From IMG/VR virus record IMGVR_UViG_3300036781_000814, positions 1 to 60,411 of that record: a stretch of 60,411 nucleotides of DNA. One strand, written 5' to 3'. A program made the position numbers and the translations under genes. Positions 26,269-34,981 of the stretch are shown here, one piece after another. Positions within the stretch are counted from its first letter, which is position 1; each line of letters begins with the position of its first letter. The notes under the pieces were generated by a model. That model was given only the letters and a program-made list of their open reading frames with translations. It had not been told where the DNA came from and searched no databases. Origin of the DNA: a virus. Its lineage: Duplodnaviria > Caudoviricetes.

Positions 26269-26520
26269 ATGATACTCACCATCATCGCCATCTACGCCGC
26301 AGGCTATCTATTGTCTTATGCTATGCTTCGCATCGAGCATGAGGCAGAGCAAAGGCCTTACACCCATGGTGATCGCCTTCTCAATCTTTCTGTATCCCTG
26401 GGATCGCTCGTAACAGTCGCGGCAGTGCTGGTGATCACCTGGGTCAAACATATAGGGCAATTGGGCTACTGGGCCCGACCGGTCGGGCCCGAGCCGAAAA
26501 AAAAGGAGGATGCTAAATGA
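26269..26520 (+). CDS. Small two-TM membrane protein
   Basis: Two hydrophobic segments; ATGA-coupled to the portal gene. Confidence 0.55.
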   Translation: MILTIIAIYAAGYLLSYAMLRIEHEAEQRPYTHGDRLLNLSVSLGSLVTVAAVLVITWVKHIGQLGYWARPVGPEPKKKEDAK

Positions 26521-27875
26521 GCATCCTCAGCTCTATACCTCTTACTGCCCGTGTTGCAGATTACCAACAACAATACAGCCCCACTCAATACAACGCTTGG
26601 GCAGGCGGCGCATCCTTCTTCGAGTTCAACGGCAAGACGCTTTATTTCAGCATGGACTGCGAGGACGATTACCGCAAGGCATATATCCAGTGTGCTCCAC
26701 TCAAAGCCGTCGTCAACCGTCGCGCATCCATGTTCGTCAACGGCAAATATGCGTTGTTCAATGCGGATGGTGATAAACCTGCCCGCGGAGCATTTTCCAA
26801 AGATCTTCTGACAATACTGGGCCAGCCGAATGTTTTACAGACCGGCAAGCAGTTTAAAGCTCAGCAGGATATCTATATCGACCTGTTCGGCTATTGCCCG
26901 GTGCTGAAAGTAACACCGGTAGGGTTTCCTAAGAGCATAAAAGCCCTCTGGAACTTACCGCCCTGGCTTTTCGACATTGATTTCACCGGCGACTGGTACA
27001 ATCAAACTGATCTGAAAGGCATCTATAAACAGTTTTACATCAACTGGGGCGGCGTAAAACGCCCGCTCGACATGGACGCCATCTTCCTTATCCTTGATAA
27101 TTCGATAGGAACAGACAACGATGGGAACCTGCTGATGCCTGACTCAAGGGTTAAGTCGCTCCAAAACTCCGTCAACATCGACATTGCCTCCCAGCGCTCA
27201 CTCTATACCCTCATCGATAAGAAGGGTGCAATCGGGATTTTATCCAATGCGCCCGGCAGTGGACAATATGCGCCTCTTAAGGTAGGTACCGAAAAAGAAG
27301 CTATACAAAGGGATTTTCGGCGATATGGCCTAACCGGCCAGGAATGGCAGATCATCATTACCGATGCGTCGCTGAACTGGCAGTCCATGAGCTTCCCAAC
27401 CAAGGATCTGATGCTTTTCGAAGCTATGACGGCGGCCCAGGCAAATATCTGTGATGGTATCGGTATGTATGCCTATTTGATGAACCCAAAGAATGGGCTG
27501 GGAACCACATTCGCCAACCTGAACGAAGCGAAGAAAAGTCAATATCAGGATTTTATCATCCCTGACGACGAGGCTCGAACCGAGCAGCTGGGGAAGAATC
27601 TGATACCGGCCGATGAGAACTTGTCACTTAAGACGGATTTCTCCCATGTGGAGGTGCTGCAGGAGAGCCAGCAGGCGAAGGCCGTCACCGCCAAAGCTCA
27701 AACTGATGTTTACCAGGCACAGTACGATCTCGGGCTGATGACACGTAACGACATTTTGGAAGCTCAGGGAAAGCCCCGGATTACCGGTGTACCTGAGATG
27801 GATCTATATGCATTTCAACAAACAACGCCACCGCCGGCGCCGGGTACATTCCCGACACAGGCAGCGGCAATATAA
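26517..27875 (+). CDS. Phage portal protein (HK97-like)
   Basis: 452 aa; L.QPN.LQTG.QF, LFGY, LWNLPP, WQSMS...KDL.LFE, TTFANL.EAKK. Confidence 0.88.
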   Translation: MSILSSIPLTARVADYQQQYSPTQYNAWAGGASFFEFNGKTLYFSMDCEDDYRKAYIQCAPLKAVVNRRASMFVNGKYALFNADGDKPARGAFSKDLLTILGQPNVLQTGKQFKAQQDIYIDLFGYCPVLKVTPVGFPKSIKALWNLPPWLFDIDFTGDWYNQTDLKGIYKQFYINWGGVKRPLDMDAIFLILDNSIGTDNDGNLLMPDSRVKSLQNSVNIDIASQRSLYTLIDKKGAIGILSNAPGSGQYAPLKVGTEKEAIQRDFRRYGLTGQEWQIIITDASLNWQSMSFPTKDLMLFEAMTAAQANICDGIGMYAYLMNPKNGLGTTFANLNEAKKSQYQDFIIPDDEARTEQLGKNLIPADENLSLKTDFSHVEVLQESQQAKAVTAKAQTDVYQAQYDLGLMTRNDILEAQGKPRITGVPEMDLYAFQQTTPPPAPGTFPTQAAAI

Positions 27876-27886
27876 AACGAACGACC

Positions 27887-28657
27887 ATGAGTTTACATCC
27901 TAAGATCAAAGCCGCTATGGCCCGCGCCACCCCGCTCAACAAGCGGGCGATGGCCATTGATGTTACCGGTAAGCTGATCCCGACTTTTCAGGAGGACCTG
28001 AACAACCGGATTATAAATGGCTATCTGGCAACCTGGGGGACTGTGAACGACTATGGGGAGAAAGTCATCAAGGGTGCATTCTCGAAATCCATCCAGGAAC
28101 GGGGCCCGAATAGCAATAGCAAGTACAAGATCCTATTTCTCTGGATGCACGATATGAAGGATCCGCTGGCTCAGTTCGACGAGCTGGTCGAGGACGATTA
28201 TGGTCTTCGCTTCCGGACAAAGCCGCTGGACGATGTCCCCAATGCCGACCGGTGCATTAAGCAGATCCGCAGCGGAACCCTGAACCAGTTCAGCTACGGC
28301 TTCGATTACGTCTGGGATAAAGTGGAGTGGGATTCCTCCGATGATAGCTTGGTGCTGAAGGAAGTGGATTTATGGGAAGGCAGCCCCGTCTCGATCGGCG
28401 CCGACACCGAGACTTTCGCGCTACGGTCAAGCCGATCCGTGGAGGATGCCTGGGTCGAATTCAACGAAGAGATGGAGGACTTTATCCGCACCATTCCCCG
28501 CAAAAGCCAGCTGGAACTACGTCACCTCATTACTCGCCATAAGTCACTCGCTCAACTGGAGCCGTCTGAGCAACGCAAGAAGACACTCGAGCAAGAAGAG
28601 CCGGCAGGGGCCGAGATCGATTATATCAAATTGTTAACAGACCAAAAAATTTTCTAA
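27887..28657 (+). CDS. HK97-family prohead protease
   Basis: GYLATWG.V..YGE.VIKGAFSKSI, LWMHD, FSYGF, EVDLWEGSPV. Confidence 0.92.
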   Translation: MSLHPKIKAAMARATPLNKRAMAIDVTGKLIPTFQEDLNNRIINGYLATWGTVNDYGEKVIKGAFSKSIQERGPNSNSKYKILFLWMHDMKDPLAQFDELVEDDYGLRFRTKPLDDVPNADRCIKQIRSGTLNQFSYGFDYVWDKVEWDSSDDSLVLKEVDLWEGSPVSIGADTETFALRSSRSVEDAWVEFNEEMEDFIRTIPRKSQLELRHLITRHKSLAQLEPSEQRKKTLEQEEPAGAEIDYIKLLTDQKIF

Positions 28658-28658
28658 A

Positions 28659-30080
28659 ATGAAACACAATTTCATTCCCTTTTCTGGTCAGCCCCGCAAC
28701 GCCATGAAGTTTCATAGCCGCCGGATGGCGATCAGAGATTTTGTTTGTTCCGCGTATAAGTCTGATGGTGATGATGCCGTACAGATACGCGAAAAACTTT
28801 TGGAAGATATCCGTAAGCAGCTGACCGATGAGCTGCAGAAGCGCGGGTTGACGACCAAAGAGCAGGTAGACGCAGCCATCCTGGAAAGGATGAAGAGCTT
28901 TGAAGGCATCGACCTGGAAGGCCTCCGGACGCACAAAGCGGACAAGGAAGCCAATGTCAAGGAACTTGGTGAACTCCGAGCAGCCATGGAAGTTCAGGGG
29001 CTGGAGCTCAAGGCACTTAAAGATGCCGCGAAGTCCCAGCTGCCTGATCGCAAGACTATTGCAGGCCAGATCCGCGCAGCCATTGAAAAGGACAAGGCGG
29101 CATTCGATCGCTTCAAACGCGGCGAGAGCCGTTCTTTCGGCGTTGATGACAAGGGCAACTCTTCTATCGTGCTCGAAGGCATTCGTGCGGCTATTACGAT
29201 GACTGTTGCCGGGTCTACAGGCGGCGGCGCATTTGTTCCAACTCCCGAAATCGTTCCCGGTCTGGTGGACCTTGCCCGCAACCAGCCCTTCCTGGAGAAT
29301 TACTCCAATACGACAACTACTACCAGTCCCCGTATTGTATGGACTGAAAAGTACAATCCCCAGGGCAATGCAACTTTCCTTGCAGAAGGAGGCGTAAAGC
29401 AGCTGGTATCCTTCGAGATCCGACCAATGGAGAGCTACGCGAAGAAGGTGGCCGATAAGATCAAGGTGTCAACTGAAATGGTCGATGATATCGACTTCAT
29501 TGCCGGCGAGATCGAATCCGAGCTTCACTACCAGGTCGATATCGCTGTGGATAATGCACTCTTGTCAGGCAATGGTGATGCATCCAACGGAGCTGTCAAC
29601 CTTAAAGGGCTGACTCAGTATGTTGGGGGCTATGCGCTCACAACTATTTCGACGACCACGCCCAACGACTTCGACGCCATTCGTGCGGCGATCGCTCAGG
29701 TGATTTCCCTGAATAAAACGCCGAACGTAGTCTTTTATAACACGATCGATGGCGCCAACATGGATCTCATAAAGGATGCCCAGGGCCGCCCTCTCGCAAT
29801 GGAGTATCGGGATGCCAACGGTAAGCTTTATCGTCTCGCGACGGTAGAGACCAATCAGTTGCCTGTCGGTTCCTTCTTGGTCGGAGATATGACCCGTTTC
29901 AAGGTTCGTAATTATCAGCCTTTCAGTGTATCCTATGGTTGGGTAAACGATGACTTTGAAAAGAATCTTTTTACGGTAATCGGCGAGCGTAGGCTTCATT
30001 GCTATGTGGCTGCCAATGATACAGGTGCATTTGTCTTCGACACTTTCGCCAACGTCAAGACAGCCATCACAGCGGCATAA
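28659..30080 (+). CDS. HK97-fold major capsid protein with delta domain
   Basis: Coiled-coil N-terminus; AEGGVK, KKVA..IKVS.EM.DD, LL.G.G, FEKNL.TV.GE.R. Confidence 0.92.
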   Translation: MKHNFIPFSGQPRNAMKFHSRRMAIRDFVCSAYKSDGDDAVQIREKLLEDIRKQLTDELQKRGLTTKEQVDAAILERMKSFEGIDLEGLRTHKADKEANVKELGELRAAMEVQGLELKALKDAAKSQLPDRKTIAGQIRAAIEKDKAAFDRFKRGESRSFGVDDKGNSSIVLEGIRAAITMTVAGSTGGGAFVPTPEIVPGLVDLARNQPFLENYSNTTTTTSPRIVWTEKYNPQGNATFLAEGGVKQLVSFEIRPMESYAKKVADKIKVSTEMVDDIDFIAGEIESELHYQVDIAVDNALLSGNGDASNGAVNLKGLTQYVGGYALTTISTTTPNDFDAIRAAIAQVISLNKTPNVVFYNTIDGANMDLIKDAQGRPLAMEYRDANGKLYRLATVETNQLPVGSFLVGDMTRFKVRNYQPFSVSYGWVNDDFEKNLFTVIGERRLHCYVAANDTGAFVFDTFANVKTAITAA

Positions 30081-30126
30081 AGACCGGACCCAGATACAAC
30101 ATTTTTAACAGCCAAATACAAGTTTT

Positions 30127-30411
30127 ATGGCAGATGTAAAGAAAGAAGAAAAGGGCACACCTTTCTTCACCACGGAGAAGGTTACTCTCTTTGCTCCAAA
30201 GGGGGCGAAGCATTATGAGCACATGCAGGAGATCAGCGTACAAGCCAGGCAAAAGCCCAAATTCCTGAAGCTCGGGTTCACCGAGACAAAGGAAGAAGCT
30301 GCCGAATCCGAGGCTCATGCTGCAATAGCTGTTGCTTCGGCTCCACAGAAGCCGGCAAAGGGAAGGAAAGCAGAGACGGAATCTGATGCAGGAACAAAAG
30401 AGCCCGCATAA
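30127..30411 (+). CDS. Hypothetical head-region protein
   Basis: 94-aa ORF after the capsid gene. Confidence 0.55.
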   Translation: MADVKKEEKGTPFFTTEKVTLFAPKGAKHYEHMQEISVQARQKPKFLKLGFTETKEEAAESEAHAAIAVASAPQKPAKGRKAETESDAGTKEPA

Positions 30412-30413
30412 GC

Positions 30414-31292
30414 ATGTCTCTTATCGACATATCGTATTTCGTCGGTGATATCAACATTCCGAATACCGACCAGGAGCCTGTACAGCAGCGGGTAAACTAT
30501 GCCATCCAGAAGTATGAGCAAGAGTTCCTGCGCAAACTGCTCGGCTATCCCTTGTACAAGGCCTTTATTTCGAGCCTGCAGGTTATTCCGCCAGCTGTTC
30601 CCGAACAGCGCATGGTGGACATCCTGTATGGTAAGGAGTACACCAACCTCCAGGGACGCCTGACGCAGTGGCGGGGCCTGATCCTGACGGACAATCCGGT
30701 CTTTAACCTGGCTGGCGAGTATATCTTCAAACCAGCTGTTTACCTAACGGCCGGTACCTCTATTGGTCTGACTCCTGGCACGACATCCTTCACCTTCGAC
30801 GGCACCCTTGGGAGGCCTGATTGGAGGGGTTGGACGCCGGTCATCTTCCGGTCAGCGCCGATGGAGCCCGGTGTGGACTACTCCTGGAATCCTGATACCG
30901 CTCAGCTGAATCTGCTGAAGCCAGGCGATAAGTTTGGTAATGGCGATAAGCTCTTCGTTCAGTTTGAACTGAGGACCGATCCCATTGACTCTACTGACGT
31001 CTCGCCCAAACAGAGCCCCATCGCGAACTATATCTATTACTGGCATCGCAGGGGCCAATTCACGAAGACGACGGATTTCGGGGAAGTCACGAGCACAGCG
31101 GATAACACCATCAACAGGACCAGCAATGAGAAAATGGCCAGTGCCTGGAATGAGATGCATGATTGGGTATGTGAGTTCATCGAGTTTATGGACACCTACA
31201 CCTCGCAGGAGCCGGTCATTTATCCGGAATGGCAGTGGATTTACCGATGGGATACGATTAGGCATTTTGAATTTATGAACCCAATTTTTTAA
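30414..31292 (+). CDS. Putative head-tail connector with an inserted ~75-aa module
   Basis: LIDISYF.G.I.IPN..KYE..FL..LLG..LY and SPIANYIYY; position; insertion resembles part of the 43302 protein. Confidence 0.6.
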   Translation: MSLIDISYFVGDINIPNTDQEPVQQRVNYAIQKYEQEFLRKLLGYPLYKAFISSLQVIPPAVPEQRMVDILYGKEYTNLQGRLTQWRGLILTDNPVFNLAGEYIFKPAVYLTAGTSIGLTPGTTSFTFDGTLGRPDWRGWTPVIFRSAPMEPGVDYSWNPDTAQLNLLKPGDKFGNGDKLFVQFELRTDPIDSTDVSPKQSPIANYIYYWHRRGQFTKTTDFGEVTSTADNTINRTSNEKMASAWNEMHDWVCEFIEFMDTYTSQEPVIYPEWQWIYRWDTIRHFEFMNPIF

Positions 31293-31310
31293 CGCATTCA
31301 ACTTTTTATA

Positions 31311-31736
31311 ATGAGAAAGTTTGTTTTATCGCTATTTATTGCGGCGATCGCCTTCTTTTCGCCGCCTCTTCAGTCGCAGGCGCAGGTCAGCCTGATCAGC
31401 ACCGGCAACAGTCTTGCAAAAGACACAGTATCCGGCACTGGTGTTAAGATCCTGGCGACAAGAGTTCCCGGATACCAAGCGACAGTAGGTATCCAGGTTA
31501 ATGTGACCAAGATTTCCGGCACGTTGGCGGGTACTATTCTCCCCGTTGCCAGCATTGACGGAGTAACCTATTTCCCTGCCGGCTCCGGCACATTCACCGC
31601 TACTGATGTAACGAGCCAGGGTGTGCTATTCGCTCCGCCGCTTGGATATCTGTACTACGGCGTCCAGTGGACGGGCACGGGAACCATGTCAGGATCTATA
31701 ACCGCCAAATTACTGGCTCGTAAACCTACCCAGTAA
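31311..31736 (+). CDS. Signal-peptide-bearing beta-sandwich protein in the neck region
   Basis: MRKFVLSLFIAAIAFFSPPLQSQA|QV. Confidence 0.7.
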   Translation: MRKFVLSLFIAAIAFFSPPLQSQAQVSLISTGNSLAKDTVSGTGVKILATRVPGYQATVGIQVNVTKISGTLAGTILPVASIDGVTYFPAGSGTFTATDVTSQGVLFAPPLGYLYYGVQWTGTGTMSGSITAKLLARKPTQ

Positions 31737-32281
31737 TGCAACAAGCCCCACCGATAGTAATAGTTAAGATCATCCTGGAAGTGGTGGCAGCTACCAGTAC
31801 GGTAGTGGCTCCATTAGTTGGAGGCGTCCTCGACTATCAACCGGGGCGGGCTTCTCAGATTAAAGCTGAGCTGGAGAAGATCTCCGATGCGATCGCGCAG
31901 GCCACGCGTGCCGGCCGGTACCCGCTGATAGCGTTGTTTCAGGATATTCCGGAGCAGATGGGATCAGGTTACGATGTGGTGGTGACGATACCGAAAATAT
32001 CGATCGCAATGCTGACCGTCCAGACAGATCCGGTCCTCAAGCGTTACGAGAGCACCTTTCCGAAACTGTATATCATCTATAAGGAGTTCCTGCGACAGCT
32101 CACCCGGCACAAGAACATAGTCGCCGGTGATCCGGGCGCCATCCTGCACACGAAGATGGATCGCCCGGGTGACAAGCCCGAGCTGACAGGATTTAACGAC
32201 TACCTGGACGCGATCGAGCTTTCCAATCTGCAGCTCACATTTCGACAAGTAAACAAATGTAAATCACTTACAAAATCTTAA
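31736..32281 (+). CDS. Putative tail completion/terminator protein
   Basis: Position before the major tail gene; YPLIALFQD. Confidence 0.5.
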   Translation: MQQAPPIVIVKIILEVVAATSTVVAPLVGGVLDYQPGRASQIKAELEKISDAIAQATRAGRYPLIALFQDIPEQMGSGYDVVVTIPKISIAMLTVQTDPVLKRYESTFPKLYIIYKEFLRQLTRHKNIVAGDPGAILHTKMDRPGDKPELTGFNDYLDAIELSNLQLTFRQVNKCKSLTKS

Positions 32282-32285
32282 TCTC

Positions 32286-33227
32286 ATGGGAGCAGCTGTT
32301 TCCGCATGTAAAAAGACCCAGAACCTCAAGAATACGGGAGTCGTCTGTAAAGAAATGATGGGCCCGACTTCTCAGCTCTGGGTAATACCGCCCACAGCCA
32401 AATGGACCAAAGAGGACCAGGCTGATTTCACTCAATATGCCCTGGAGAAAGCAAACGGGCCCAAAGCTCAGCGCTGGTATCCGCTGTTCGGCCCTGCGGC
32501 ACCTATACGCCGTATCACGCTGAATAAGACCGCTGACGTGATCTTCACGGCCGATGACAATACCCAGATCTTCATCAACTACGGGGTGCTCAACCGCGCT
32601 TTCAGTACGACCGAAGCCGGTCTCTGCTACGCTGAAGCACTAATGGCCCTGCTGAACTCTGGCTATTCGATCATCGAGGTCGACGTCAATGATCAGATCA
32701 TGCATCGTAAGAATACGGACGGCACGTTCAGCGGCCTGAAGACCACTTTCATGTATGCTCCTTCCATCGACACAGCAGACTTCAAGAACCCGGGCTTTGT
32801 AAACTTCCAGATCAGCGTCGACCCGAAAGAGTACGTAAGGAACGGCGCCATTTTCCAGATGGATGACAGCAGCCTGACGGACATAATGGGCCTGATCGAT
32901 GTCGCGATCACCGACGCCACTGGTTCTTCGACAACCAAACTGAAGATCGGCGCTGAGATCATCTGTTCCGAAGAAGATCTGCTGGCTCAGGATGACACCC
33001 TGACCACCAACCTGGCAGCCATCGCCAACTTCGTGGTGACGAACAAGAGCACAGGAGCTCCGGTCACCATTACAGCTGCTGCCGTGGTCGGTAACCACAT
33101 CGAACTCACCGGCACTTTCGTCACCGCTACGACCTACACAGTAGCCGGCGCCGGATCGGATGTCTGGTTCGGAAACGATGTCGAGGGTTACGAAGCCATC
33201 GAGTCGGTGGATATCGCCATACCATAA
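32286..33227 (+). CDS. Putative major tail tube protein
   Basis: 313 aa, NTG..C N-terminus, Ig-like C-terminus, followed by a hairpin. Confidence 0.65.
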   Translation: MGAAVSACKKTQNLKNTGVVCKEMMGPTSQLWVIPPTAKWTKEDQADFTQYALEKANGPKAQRWYPLFGPAAPIRRITLNKTADVIFTADDNTQIFINYGVLNRAFSTTEAGLCYAEALMALLNSGYSIIEVDVNDQIMHRKNTDGTFSGLKTTFMYAPSIDTADFKNPGFVNFQISVDPKEYVRNGAIFQMDDSSLTDIMGLIDVAITDATGSSTTKLKIGAEIICSEEDLLAQDDTLTTNLAAIANFVVTNKSTGAPVTITAAAVVGNHIELTGTFVTATTYTVAGAGSDVWFGNDVEGYEAIESVDIAIP

Positions 33228-33232
33228 CCTTG

Positions 33233-33268
33233 AATCGGCCGGCTGATAACCGGCTGATTTCTCATTTC
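33233..33268 (+). terminator. Hairpin after the major tail gene
   Basis: AATCGGCCGG...CCGGCTGATT stem, weak T-tract. Confidence 0.45.
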
Positions 33269-33290
33269 ATCACCTTTTTAACTTTCAATC

Positions 33291-33542
33291 ATGCCCACTA
33301 AGAATAAGAAAGACAAGCCAAAGCGGATCTTCGGTGTAGATGTCAGCCGTAATGACGTAAAAGAGGCCGCGAATCTGGAGGCCTTTAAAAAGGCCAATCC
33401 GAATATTTTCGATCATTTACCTGCTCACCAGGAAGATGAGGCCTATAAAGAGCTCGCAGCCGAAGGCTATATCATCGCGCCAGCTGCTGCTCCTGCGAAG
33501 GTGCCGCCAGCCGCTTCTGCCAGTGCGAATTCGAATTCATAA
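33291..33542 (+). CDS. Hypothetical tail-region protein
   Basis: 83-aa ORF. Confidence 0.5.
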   Translation: MPTKNKKDKPKRIFGVDVSRNDVKEAANLEAFKKANPNIFDHLPAHQEDEAYKELAAEGYIIAPAAAPAKVPPAASASANSNS

Positions 33543-33549
33543 GAATACC

Positions 33550-33840
33550 ATGTCTCCGACATCCGTGTCGGAGACATCCTTTAAATCTTTTGCCATGGTC
33601 GAGAAAAAATCTTGGGATGAATTTAGGAAAGCAGGCCTCTTATGGCTTATAAACTCAACGCTTCATCTATTCGGATGGGCAATTGTAGTTGAAACGGAAG
33701 AAGGAGTTGTAAAAAACTGCTACCCTGCCCGGGTCAAATTTCGCGGCTTCGATGGGCAGTCGAATGATGAAGGCTACAAGAGCGTAACCGACTATCTCGC
33801 TGAAAACATTGACGAACTTAAAAAAGAAACGGAGGACTAG
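33550..33840 (+). CDS. Hypothetical phage protein
   Basis: KKSWDEFRKAGLLWLINSTLHLFGWAIV..YPARVKFRGF; start uncertain. Confidence 0.6.
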   Translation: MSPTSVSETSFKSFAMVEKKSWDEFRKAGLLWLINSTLHLFGWAIVVETEEGVVKNCYPARVKFRGFDGQSNDEGYKSVTDYLAENIDELKKETED

Positions 33841-33842
33841 CA

Positions 33843-34334
33843 ATGCCTTTTCCCGGTGTAGAGAAGCTCGTATCTGACCTCACGGCCTTTGACTTCGGAG
33901 CCGAGATGGAGACGATCGTCAACACCTATGCCGACCAGCTGGGCGACTTACAGCGGGAACAGTGGTACGCGGGTAAGGATAGGGATGGGAACTGGATCCG
34001 ACCGCTATACACTGAGGATCCTTTCTTTGAGTCACCGAAGCAGGCGTTGGCATACGCAAAATGGAAGCAGAAGATCACGCCCAACCCGAACCGACCGCTC
34101 GAAGTTCCAAACCTGATCATTAATGGGTACTTCTATAGCACGCTCAAGCCGAAGATCGAGGGTAGGGTGTTCGACTTCGACACGAACGACTTTGGCGACA
34201 AGGTCCTGGAGGAGCATCCGAACGCCGCGGGTCTGGATCCTGAGAAGCGGCTGGAGTTCGCAGAAACCTTCACCATGCCGGATATCCGGTTTTCACTGTT
34301 CGAAAAGACAGGTTTATATATAACAGCGCTATGA
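33843..34334 (+). CDS. Putative neck/tail morphogenesis protein
   Basis: Q...G.D..G..I.P.Y, K....PN....VPNL..NG.FY. Confidence 0.55.
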   Translation: MPFPGVEKLVSDLTAFDFGAEMETIVNTYADQLGDLQREQWYAGKDRDGNWIRPLYTEDPFFESPKQALAYAKWKQKITPNPNRPLEVPNLIINGYFYSTLKPKIEGRVFDFDTNDFGDKVLEEHPNAAGLDPEKRLEFAETFTMPDIRFSLFEKTGLYITAL

Positions 34335-34978
34335 ACAGTTACATCAATACCGCGTCCGACTGTACGGTCAAGCAGTTTGAAGAATGCGCCTTCAAGCAGA
34401 AGTACCGGGTGCTGGTACTGGAAGGTGATCCCAGCGCAGAAGAGCTGCAGCAGGCCTTCGAACTGATCTATGCGCAGTACGTCGACCTGTCCGGCCTGTT
34501 TGTCTCGCGGGAGTTTGACCTATCGGCGTACATCCACTCTCTGGAAGTACGCACGACCACGGTTAAGAATTTCGTCGAACTACAGAAGCTATTTATTAAA
34601 GAGTTCGGCCAGCCCTTCCCGCCGGCATTCCGTCTGGTGAAGAGATATGGGCACACCCTGTACTGGAACGCCGAGAGCCCGAACCTGGAGCTTTTCATCC
34701 AGAAGCTGAATAAAATCCCCTCCAAGGAGGTTCGCTATGAGATTGAACTGAAGAATAAGAAGACTGAGCTGGTGGAGCTGCATCGTAAGCGGATTAAAAA
34801 AGAGTTTACACTGCAAGAGACACGGAGCCAGTTTGTCACGATGATTAACCGGCTGCGCCAGTCCCATTTTGTCATCAACCGGAACGAGACGACGGTCGAG
34901 GAGCTTGCTCTGGCGATCGCCGATCAAAGAGAACAACAGGAAGCCGCCAACGCGCAGCGCCAATTTAAAAGGAGGTAA
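34331..34978 (+). CDS. Putative tail assembly chaperone
   Basis: Helical protein immediately before the tape measure gene. Confidence 0.45.
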   Translation: MNSYINTASDCTVKQFEECAFKQKYRVLVLEGDPSAEELQQAFELIYAQYVDLSGLFVSREFDLSAYIHSLEVRTTTVKNFVELQKLFIKEFGQPFPPAFRLVKRYGHTLYWNAESPNLELFIQKLNKIPSKEVRYEIELKNKKTELVELHRKRIKKEFTLQETRSQFVTMINRLRQSHFVINRNETTVEELALAIADQREQQEAANAQRQFKRR

Positions 34979-34981
34979 CCA

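Noticed and set aside
33291-34981. Programmed frameshift in tail assembly chaperones
   Set aside because: No convincing slippery heptamer with an overlapping extended frame was identified.
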